Assembly (NCBI RefSeq): GCF_032444005.1
Contig: NC_091283.1
Location: 35,774,001 to 35,838,000 of the forward strand
Length of the DNA: 64,000 nucleotides
Origin: Ranitomeya imitator
Taxonomy: Eukaryota
Direction of reading: 5' to 3'
The notes beneath the pieces were generated by a model. The model was not told the DNA's origin. It searched no databases and was given only the letters and a program-made list of their open reading frames with translations. Of this stretch, positions 11,439 through 22,167 are shown in pieces. Position 1 is the stretch's first letter, and each line of letters opens with the position of its first letter. The translations under genes and the position numbers were made by a program.

Positions 11439-14400
11439 GTGCAGGGGGCGGCTCTCACGTTACTGTTCCCCCATTATTAGTGCAGGGAGCGGCTCTCACG
11501 TTACTGTTCCCTCATTATTAGTGCAGGGGGCGGCTCTCACGTTACTGTTCCCCCATTATTAGTGCAGGGGGCGGCTCTCACGTTACTGTTCCCTCATTAT
11601 TAGTGCAGGGGGCGGCTCTCACGTTACTGTTCCCCCATTATTAGTACAGTGAGCGGCTCTCGCGTTACTGTTCCTCCATTATTAGTGCAGGGGGCGGCTC
11701 TCACGTTACTGTTCCTCCATTATTAGTGCAGGGAGCGGCTCTCACGTTACTGTTCCCTCATTATTAGTGCAGGGGGCGGCTCTCACGTTACTGTTCCCCC
11801 ATTATTAGTGCAGGGGCGGCTCTCACGTTACTGTTCCTCCATTATTAGTGCAGGGGGCGGCTCTCACGTTACTGTTCCTCCATTATTAGTGCCGGGGGCG
11901 GCTCTCACGTTACTGTTCGCCCATTATTAGTGCAGGGGGCGGCTCTCACGTTACTGTTCCCTCATTATTAGTGCAGGGGGCGGCTCTCACGTTACTGTTC
12001 CCCCATTATTAGTACAGTGAGCGGCTCTCGCGTTACTGTTCCTCCATTATTAGTGCAGGGGGCGGCTCTCACGTTACTGTTCCTCCATTATTAGTGCAGG
12101 GAGCGGCTCTCACGTTACTGTTCCCTCATTATTAGTGCAGGGGGCGGCTCTCACGTTACTGTTCCCCCATTATTAGTGCAGGGGCGGCTCTCACGTTACT
12201 GTTCCTCCATTATTAGTGCAGGGGGCGGCTCTCACGTTACTGTTCCTCCATTATTAGTGCCGGGGGCGGCTCTCACGTTACTGTTCGCCCATTATTAGTG
12301 CCGGGGGCGGCTCTCACGTTACTGTTCCCCCATTATTAGTGCAGGGGGCGGCTCTCACGTTACTGTTCGCCCATTATTAGTGCAGGGGCGGCTCTCGCGT
12401 TACTGTTCCTCCATTATTAGTGCAGGGGGCGGCTCTCGCGTTACTGTTCCTCCATTATTAGTACAGGGGGCGGCTCTCGCGTTACTGTTCCTCCATTATT
12501 AGTGCAGGGGGCGGCTCTCGCGTTACTGTTCCTCCATTATTAGTGCAGGGGCGGCTCTCACGTTACTGTTCCTCCATTATTAGTGCAGGGAGCGGCTCTC
12601 ACGTTACTGTTCCCTCATTATTAGTGCAGGGGCGGCTCTCACGTTACTGTTCCCCCATTATTAGTGCAGGGGCGGCTCTCACGTTACTGTTCCTCCATTA
12701 TTAGTGCAGGGGGCGGCTCTCACGTTACTGTTCCTCCATTATTAGTGCAGGGAGCGGCTCTCACGTTACTGTTCCCCCACTATTAGTGCAGGGAGCGGCT
12801 CTCACGTTACTGTTCCCTCATTATTAGTGCAGGGGGCGGCTCTCACGTTACTGTTCCCCCATTATTAGTGCAGGGGGTGGCTGCTCTCTCACGTTACTGT
12901 TCCCCCATTATTCGTGCAGGGGGCGGCTCTCTCACGTTACTGTTCCCCCATTATTAGTGCAGGGGGCGGCTCTCACGTTACTGTTCGCCCATTATTAGTG
13001 CCGGGGGCGGCTCTCACGTTACTGTTCCCCCATTATGAGTGCAGGGAGCGGCTCTCACGTTACTGTTCGCCCATTATTAGTGCAGGGGCGGCTCTCGCGT
13101 TACTGTTCCCCCATTATTAGTGCAGGGGCGGCTATCACGTTACTGTTCCCCCATTATTAGTTCAGGGAGCGGCTCTCACGTTACTGTTCCCCCATTATTA
13201 GTGCAGGGGGCGGCTCTCACGTTACTGTTCCCCCATTATTAGTGCAGGGGGCGGCTCTCACGTTACTGTTCTCCCATTATTAGTGCAGGGGGCGGCTCTC
13301 GCGTTACTGTTCCTCCATTATTAGTGCAGGGGGCGGCTCTCACGTTACTGTTCCCTCATTATTAGTGCAGGGGGCGGCTCTCACGTTACTGTTCCCCCAT
13401 TATTAGTGCAGGGGCGGCTCTCACGTTACTGTTCGCCCATTATTAGTGCAGTGAGCGGCTCTCACGTTACTGTTCCCCCATTATTAGTTCAGGGGGCGGC
13501 TCTCACGTTACTGTTCCCCCATTATTAGTTCAGGGGGCGGCTCTCACGTTACTGTTCCCCCATTATTAGTGCAGGGGGCGGCTCTCACGTTACTGTTCCC
13601 CCATTATTAGTTCAGGGGGCGGCTCTCACGTTACTGTTCCCCCATTTAGTGCAGGGGCGGCTCTCACGTTACTGTTCCTCCATTATTAGTGCAGGGGGCG
13701 GCTCTCACGTTACTGTTCTCCCATTATTAGTGCAGGTGGCGGCTCTCACGTTACTGTTCCCCCATTATTAGTGCAGGGGGCGGCTCTCACGTTACTGTTC
13801 CTCCATTATTAGTGCAGGGAGCGGCTCTCACGTTACTGTTCCCCTATTATTAGTGCAGGGGCGGCTCTCGCGTTACTGTTCGCCCATTATTAGTGCCGGG
13901 GGCGGCTCTCATGTTACTGTTCCCCCATTATTAGTGCAGGGGGCGGCTCTCACGTTACTGTTCCTCCATTATTAGTACAGTGAGCGGCTCTCGCGTTACT
14001 GTTCCCCCATTATTAGTGCAGGGGGCGGCTCTCACGTTACTGTTCCCCCATTATTAGTGCAGGGGGCGGCTCTCGTGTTACTGTTCCCCCATTATTAGTG
14101 CAGGGGGCGGCTCTCACGTTACTGTTCCCCCATTATTAGTGCAGGGGTGGCTCTCACATTACCGTTCCCCCATTATTAGTGCAGGGGGCGGCTCTCCCGT
14201 TACCGTTCCTCCATTATTAGTGCAGGGGGCGGCTCTCACGTTACTGTTCCCCCATTATTAGTGCAGGGGGCGGCTCTCACGTTACTGTTCCCCCATTATT
14301 AGTGCAGGGGGCGGCTCTCACGTTACTGTTCCCCCATTATTAGTGCAGGGGTGGCTCTCACATTACCGTTCCCCCATTATTAGTGCAGGGGGCGGCTCTC

Positions 14401-16831
14401 CCGTTACCGTTCCTCCATTATTAGTGCAGGGGGCGGCTCTCACGTTACTGTTCCCCCATTATTAGTGCAGGGGGCGGCTCTCACGTTACTGTTCCCCCAT
14501 TATTAGTGCAGGGGGCTGCTCTCCCGTTACTGTTCCCCCACTATTAGTGCAGGGGGCGGCTCTCACGTTACTGTTCCCCCATTATTAGTGCAGGGGCGGC
14601 TCTCACGTTACTGTTCGCCCATTATTAGTGCAGGGGCGGCACTCACGTTACTGTTCCCCCCATTATTAGTACAGTGAGCGGCTCTCGCGTTACTGTTCCC
14701 CCATTATTAGTGCAGGGGGCGGCTCTCACGTTACTGTTCCTCCATTATTAGTGCAGGGGGCGGCTCTCGCGTTACTGTTCCCCCATTATTAGTGCAGGGG
14801 GCGGCTCTCACGTTACTGTTCCCCCATTATTAGTGCAGGGGGCGGCTCTCGTATTACTGTTCCCCCATTATTAGTGCAGGGGGCGGCTCTCACGTTACTG
14901 TTCCCCCATTATTAGTGCAGGGGGCGGCTCTCCCGTTACTGTTCCCCCATTATTAGTGCAGGGGCGGCTCTCACGTTACTGTTCGCCCATTATTAGTGCA
15001 GGGGCGGCTCTCACGTTACTGTTCCCCCATTATTAGTACAGGGGCCGGCTCTCACGCTACTGTTCCCCCATTATTAGTGCAGTGAGCGGCTCTCACGTTA
15101 CTGTTCCTCCATTATTAGTGCAGGGGGCGGCTCTCACGTTACTGTTCCCCCATTATTAGTGCAGGGGGCGGCTCTCACGTTACTGTTCCTCCATTATTAG
15201 TGCAGGGGCGGCTCTCACGTTACTGTTCCCCCATTATTAGTGCAGGGAGCGGCTCTCACGTTACTGTTCCCCCATTATTAGTGCAGGGGGCGGCTCTCAC
15301 GTTACTGTTCCCCCATTATTAGTGTAGTGAGCGGCTCTCACGTTACTGTTCGCCCATTATTAGTGCAGGGGGCGGCTCTCACGTTACTGTTCGCCCATTA
15401 TTAGTGCAGGGGGCGGCTCTCGCGTTACTGTTCGCCCATTATTAGTGCAGGGGCGGCTCTCACGTTACTGTTCGCCCATTATTAGTGCAGGGGGCGGCTC
15501 TCACGTTACTGTTCCCCCATTATTAGTGCAGGGGGCGGCTCTCACGTTACTGTTCCCCATTATTAGTGTAGGGGCGGCTCTCACGTTACTGTTCCCCCAT
15601 TATTAGTGCAGGGGGCGGCTCTCACGTTACTGTTCCTCATTATTAGTGTAGGGGCGGCTCTCACGCTACTGTTCCCCCATTATTAGTGCAGAGGGCGGCT
15701 CTCACGTTACTGTTCCCCCATTATTAGTACAGTGAGCGGCTCTCGCGTTACTGTTCCTCCATTATTAGTGCAGGGGGCGGCTCTCGCGTTACTGTTCCCC
15801 CATTATTAGTGCAGGGGGCGGCTCTCACGTTACTGTTCCCCCATTATTAGTGCAGGGGGCGGCTCTCGTATTACTGTTCCCCCATTATTAGTGCAGGGGG
15901 CGGCTCTCATGTTACTGTTCGCCCATTATTAGTGCAGGGGGCGGCTCTCGCGTTACTGTTCGCCCATTATTAGTGCAGGGGCGGCTCTCACGTTACTGTT
16001 CCCCATTATTAGTGTAGGGGCGGCTCTCACGTTACTGTTCCCCCATTATTAGTGCAGGGGGCGGCTCTCACGTTACTGTTCCCCCATTATTAGTGCAGGT
16101 GGCGGCTCTCACGTTACTGTTCCCCCATTATTAGTACAGTGAGCGGCTCTCGCGTTACTGTTCCTCCATTATTAGTGCAGGGGGCGGCTCTCGCGTTACT
16201 GTTCCCCCATTATTAGTGCAGGGGGCGGCTCTCGCGTTACTGTTCCCCCATTATTAGTGCAGGGGGCGGCTCTCGTATTACTGTTCCCCCATTATTAGTG
16301 CAGGGGGCGGCTCTCACGTTACTGTTCCTCCATTATTAGTGCAGGGGGCGGCTCTCACGTTACTGTTCCTCCATTATTAATGCAGGGGGCGGCTCTCCCG
16401 TTACTGTTCCCCCATTATTAGTGTAGTGAGCGGCTCTCACGTTACTGTTCCCCCATTATTAGTGCAGGGGGCGGCTCTCACGTTACTGTTCCCCCATTAT
16501 TAGTGCAGTGAGCGGCTCTCACGTTACTGTTCCCCCATTATTAGTGCAGGGGGCGGCTCTCCCGTTACTGTTCCCCCATTATTAGTGTAGTGAGCGGCTC
16601 TCACGTTACTGTTCCCCCATTATTAGTGCAGGGGCGGCTCTCACGTTACTGTTCCCCCATTATTAGTGTAGTGAGCGGCTCTCACGTTACTGTTCGCCCA
16701 TTATTAGTGCAGGGAGCGGCTCTCGCGTTACTGTTTGCCCATTATTAGTGCAGGGGGCGGCTCTCGCGTTACTGTTCGCCCATTATTAGTGCAGGGGCGG
16801 CTCTCACTTTACTGTTCTCCCATTATTAGTG
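11439..16831. repeat. Minisatellite, 41-bp unit (gtgcagggggcggctctcacgttactgttcccccattatta), ~130 units
   Basis: Directly visible tandem array of about 5.4 kb between ATAT1 and C6orf136. Confidence 0.97.
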
Positions 16832-17037
16832 AAGTCAGCACAGATGGGCGCCCGCTACTTTCTGCAGGTTTCTACTTTTCTGCTGTTATGGAAACCGGAA
16901 ACCAGAATTCCATTCGGTGACGGATCCGTCGTTGTGGACACGAATGGATCCTGGTGAGGATGGTGCTGTGGCCGCCAGCAGCTTTCATAGAGGTTGTCAG
17001 CCAGTTTTCCTAAAACAGTTTGTTGGATAAGGCTGAA

Positions 17038-17313
17038 GTTGGTTTCTTATTCTGCAATTTTTTCTTTTCTGTTTATTTTTTTTAGATTTAACCTCCAAAA
17101 ATAAGCATCACAATAATAACATACAGTGCCCGAGGTGCCCTGATGCGAATACACTTAACAGGCACAAAAATGGGCATCAAAGTGGGCACCGAAGGGCGTC
17201 AATGAAAGGGTGAAATGCCTTTGCGCCACTGGTATCACACTGCAGACATATAGAGCAGGGAGCCCCACATCAAACCCAGGTCTCACCAGCCTGGCCCAAA
17301 TGGGTTCTGGGCA
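17038..17313 (+). repeat. Copy 1 of a ~275-bp inverted duplication (partner 21424-21695)
   Basis: The reverse complement of 21424-21695 aligns along the whole length with scattered substitutions. Confidence 0.85.
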
Positions 17314-17949
17314 GGCTCGGACTGGCCCACCGGGAAATCGGTGGATCCTCCGGTGGGCCCCTGACTCCGACAGTCTCTCTCTTGTCAGTATCCCTGCATG
17401 CATGATTTAAGCCCCGCCACTCACCGCTCAACAGAAGAGGGGAGAAAAGCTGAGCTCCTGCATTGCCTGGTGGTGTAACATAGAACAGTGTGCGGGCAGG
17501 ATCTCTACCTTCTCTCTCTCCCTCCCCCAGTCTCTGGCTAGGATGGAGGCTCAGGAGCACAGCCATTTCCCTGAGCTACACTAGCTAAGATGCTGCTGGA
17601 GCCGATCACAGCAGTAAGCCCCGGCCACCAGCACCGACTGGGTCAGGCTGCTGGAGCACGGGGCCAGGAGAGCTGTGCAGCCACTGCTGAAGAAAGTTCT
17701 TAATGACCTGACTAGAAGATGGCCTCTCTCCCCCATACTGCTGCAGCCTGTCAGACAAGCTCAGCTCTGCTGTCGGCACGGACAGGAGGGGGAGGGGCGC
17801 TCCAGAGGAACACAGTGCTGACCTGAAGTGAGTACTGGAGCTTCCTGTTTATGTCTCTGTCCTGACTCTCTCCTGTCCTCCACCCCAACAAAAGCTGTTT
17901 TTCCTTTTTGCCCCATACAGCTGCACTCTCCCTGCCCCCTCTACCCTTT

Positions 17950-20900
17950 CGGGTATGTGCACACGTATTCTGAGTCCACTGTGGATTGTTCTGCAGCGGA
18001 TTTGATAAATCCGCAGTGGAAAACCGCTGCGGATTTATCGTGGTTTTTTCTGCGTTTTCCACTGTGGATTTACAACTGCGGTTTTCCATAGGGGCAGTTG
18101 TAAATCCGCTGTGGAAAACGCAGAAAGAAGTCACATGCTGCGGAATGTAAACCGCTGCGTTTCCGTGCGCTTTTTTCCGCAGCATGGGCACAGCGTTTTT
18201 TGTTTTCCCATAGGTTTACATTGAAGTGTAAACGCATCGGAAACTGCTGCTTATCTGCAGCTGCGGAAACGCTGCGGATCCGCAGCAAAAATCCGCATCG
18301 TGTGCACATACACTTCTGCATTCTAGTTGCTGAAATCACAATGTCTCCCCCCCACTGCTGTTCTGTGATGGTGAAAGGAGATCTCCATCTTCTTCACAGC
18401 GCTTGCTGCCCCGAGATCCATCTATGTGCACACGTTGCGGATTTTGATGCGTTTCTGCAGCGTTGTTGGACGCGCGGAATTGCCTCAAATCCGCAGTGCG
18501 TTGTGCGCACAATGTTAATAGGAAATACAAAAACGCTATGCACATGCTGCGGAAAAAAAAAGTGCGGAATCACTGTGGTTTTTTCCCCACAGCAATTGAG
18601 TAAGGCAAATCCGCACATCAAAAAATGCTTGACAATCCGCAAGTAATCCACAAGAAATCTGCATCAATTCCATGTGAAATCCGCAAGCCTTTTGGTCTGC
18701 GTTTTGTGCCAAGAGATGCAGATTCTGTGTGGAAAATGCCGCAGGCCAATCCGCAACATGTGCACATACCCTAAATGTATATACAAATGCACACCTATAC
18801 ACTATATAAATAAGTACAATGTGCATGTCTGCAATGCATTTATGGAAGTGAATGTGTATACAATACATTTGACATTTTTAGTGATGGAGTCAGACATAAA
18901 AAAGCATATATGCTTTAGTTAAACGCACCACAGAAAAATGCTCATGTACCTTTAAAAAAAAACCTTGCACTTTTATATGCAGAATGAATAATATATCTAT
19001 AATGTTGTTTATAGCAAAAATATAATAGTACAAAAAATTACCACCTCCACATGCCCAAATTTGTTAATAAAAGTAGATAATTAAAAGGGTTATCCCATTT
19101 TAAAAATTACTTCATAATCTCCGGGGTATAAAAAAAAAAGGTCAAAAACAACTGAGTTTTAGGGTACGTTCACACAGGACTTTTTTGCTGCGTTTTTAGT
19201 GCTAATTTTCAGCTGCTTTTTACAGTACCAGCAAAGCCTGTGAGATTTCAGAAATCTCATGCACACACATTGGTTTTTTTGTGTGATCAGTATTTTGTGC
19301 TTTGCTGCGTTTTTTGGACAAGGAGAATGTCACTTATTTCAGCGTTTTTGCTGCGTTTTTTCACCCATTGACTTGAATGGGTGTTGAAAAAAACGCAGCA
19401 AAACCGCAGGTATCATTATTTGCTGCGTTTTTGCTGCTGAAAATCCAAGGACATTAGCCTAGAAAAAGAGAAAAAAACACACCAAAAAACGCACCAAATA
19501 TGCACCAAAAACGCACCTAAATTAGCATAAAAAAAGCAGCAAAAAAGTCCTGTGTGAACTTACCCTTAGGCTGTGTGCCCACATTGTGTTTTTTAATGCG
19601 TTTTTGCCGCAGCATGTTCATTATTTCTGCAGAATCTCGACTATTCTGCCGCCATTGGATTGCATTGAAATGCTCACTTTACGCATGTGGCTATGCCCAC
19701 CATGCATAAAGTGAGCGCTTCATGTGCGGTTGGTACCCAGGTTGGAGGAGAGGAGACTCTCCTCCAGGCCCTGGGTACCATATTCCTGTAAACAAATAAG
19801 AATTAAAATAAAAAATAGGGATATAGTTACCTTCTCATGACGCCCGGCGTCCTCCCGCCTCTCAGCGGTGCACATGGCGGCTTCTGTTCCCAGGGATGCA
19901 TTGCACGAATCACCTGAGATGATGTCGCGATCACGCAGCAGGCGCGAGCGCATCGTCGGACTACGGAGGGTGAGAATAGCAGGTTTTTTTGTTTTTTTTT
20001 TTACATTATTTTTAACATTACATCTTTTTACTATTGATGCCGCATAGGCAGCATCAATAGTAAAAAGTTGGTCACACAGGGTTAATAGCAGCGTTAACGG
20101 AGTGCGTTACCCGCGGCATAACGCGGTCCGTTACCGCCGGCATTAACCCTGTGTGAGCGCTGACTGGGGGGGAGTATTGAGCGGGCGCTGACTGCAGGGG
20201 AGTAGGGAGGGACTAATCGGACTGTGCCTGTCGCTGATTGGTCGCGGCAGCCATGACTGTCAGCTGCCGAGACCAATCAGCGACATGGGATTTCCGTGAC
20301 AGAAAGAAAAAAGGACAGACAGAAAGACAGACAGAAAGACAGAAGTGACCCTTAGGCAATGATATAGTAGATTAAAAATGAAAAAGATTGATCTCTGGGA
20401 AACGAAAAAAAAAATACTAAATCTTGACGGCCTAAAAGGGAACAGGTGTAGCTAGGATCACATTGGTATGCAGGTTTTTTTCTTTGTATTGTTATAGTAA
20501 CAGAAAAATTAAACTAAGGCCATGACCACACGCTCAGTATTTGGTCAGTATTTTACATCAGTATTTGTAGTCAAAACCAGGAGTGGAACAATCAAAGGAG
20601 AAGTATAATAGAAACATGTGCACCACTTCTGCATTTATCACCCACTCCTGGTTTGGGCTTATAAATACTGTGCGCCGCCTCCTATGTTCAAAATACATGC
20701 CTGTTGCCTGCACTCTGCCAGCATTTCTCGCCTGATGTAAGTCCACGGGCAGCGCGCATGGTGCATGCCCGAGAAAAGGTGGCAGAGCGCAGGCGCCGAG
20801 CATGTATTTTGAACACAGGAGGCGACGCACAGACGCAAGAGGGAGATGATTGACGTCTTGGAGGCCATTGACACCGGGGAGAAGACATACCTCCGGGACT

Positions 20901-21056
20901 CAATACAGGTATGTCGCGAAATTTATAAAAGTGATTATTTCAGTGTTCCTAGGGATACTAAGCATAAAAGCCACCTTCACAGAATGCAGCCTTAGTGCTG
21001 CTGAAGGTGGTTCTTTTACTTAAAAACGGCCTGGGGGGTGACAGGTTCCCTTTAAA
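17950..21056. mobile_element. Cluster of MITEs (gggtatgtgcacac..., gggtacgttcacac..., ...gtgacaggttcccttt families)
   Basis: TIR pairs such as 17951 gggtatgtgcacac / 18759 tgtgcacataccc and 19162 gggtacgttcacacagg / ~19550 cctgtgtgaacttaccc, plus palindromic interiors. Boundaries approximate. Confidence 0.6.
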
Positions 21057-21423
21057 TACAGTGATCAGGTCTTTGTTGTTTCCGTTAGAGTGCTACCTTT
21101 TTAGCGAAAAAAAAATGTGCAGCATGTTGTATTTGTTCTTCTAATGAATATTATGAAACTTACTACTGAGCCTCCTGACAAATACTACAAAACAAAGGTG
21201 TACCTAGCCTGAGCATTGAAATTTAGAGTGGGCCCCTGGAGTCAGTTCCATTGGTGGGCCCTAGTCACCCCAGTTCGACACTGGTTCTGGGCATCAGAAG
21301 TGGCATAAAAGTGGGCAGTCGATTTTGGCTATTTGAATAAGCAACTGGTGTTTTTAAGGGGTTAAATGACTTTGGGCCACTGATCTCACACTAAGAATAC
21401 ACAGATAGTGATGCCACTTCTGA

Positions 21424-21695
21424 TGCCCAGAACCCATTTGGGCCAGGCTGGAGGGTCCTGGGTTTGATGTGGGGCGCCCTGTTCTATATGTCTGCAGTGT
21501 GATACCAGTGGCCCAAAGGCATTTCACCCTTTCATTGACGCCCTTCGGCGCCCACCTTGATGCCCATTTTTGTGCATGTTAAGTGTTTTCACATCAGGCA
21601 CCTTGCTGCATTGTATGTTATTATTGTGATGCTCAGTTTTGGAGGTTAAACCTATAAAAAACAGAAAAGCAAAAATTGCCGAATAAGAAACCAAC
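21424..21695 (-). repeat. Copy 2 of the ~275-bp inverted duplication
   Basis: Reverse complement of 17038-17313. Confidence 0.85.
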
Positions 21696-21759
21696 ACACA
21701 AACCGACACACAGTGTCCTTCCTTCTCTCTGCTTGTCATTGAAGGACATGTGCTTTGCC

Positions 21760-22167
21760 CTCAGTAAAGATGGCTGCCTCACAACACGCCCCATATAGTC
21801 TATCGACCAATCAAGTCACAGGATAGACGGTCACGTGACAGTAGTACCTGAGAAGCTGGCTTATGGCGTTAGCTTTAATTTGAAGCGCTGGAACGCAGAC
21901 CGCGGAAGTGCCCTCGAGAGCCTCGTGTCTATTGGTCAGGAGCTCTGAAGGGCGGATACCTGGCAGCTACACACTTCCTAATTGGACACTATACACACAC
22001 CTCTGCGCCCCGATTGGTTGGTTGGGATTTTCCTGCAGTTTCATTGGCTAGCGCTGATTTACGTCTTCTTCCTCTATTGGATGTCGGTCACTCCTCGGGT
22101 GCGATCTGTCCTCGGCGGTTGCCGGTTTTAGTTGAGTGACGTCACACCCGTTTACCGGTGGAGCGCC
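21760..22167 (+). promoter_or_regulatory. C6orf136 promoter (CpG-rich, TATA-less, CCAAT/ETS/YY1-like motifs)
   Basis: CCAAT at 21807; ATTGG at 21931, 21981, 22013, 22043 and 22076; ETS-like CGGAAGTG at 21903; aagatggc (YY1-like) at ~21767; directly upstream of the ATG at 22168. Confidence 0.7.

Noticed and set aside
5291-16831. CRISPR-like appearance of the 39- and 41-bp arrays
   Set aside because: Units abut directly with no unique spacers, there are no cas genes, and the context is eukaryotic.
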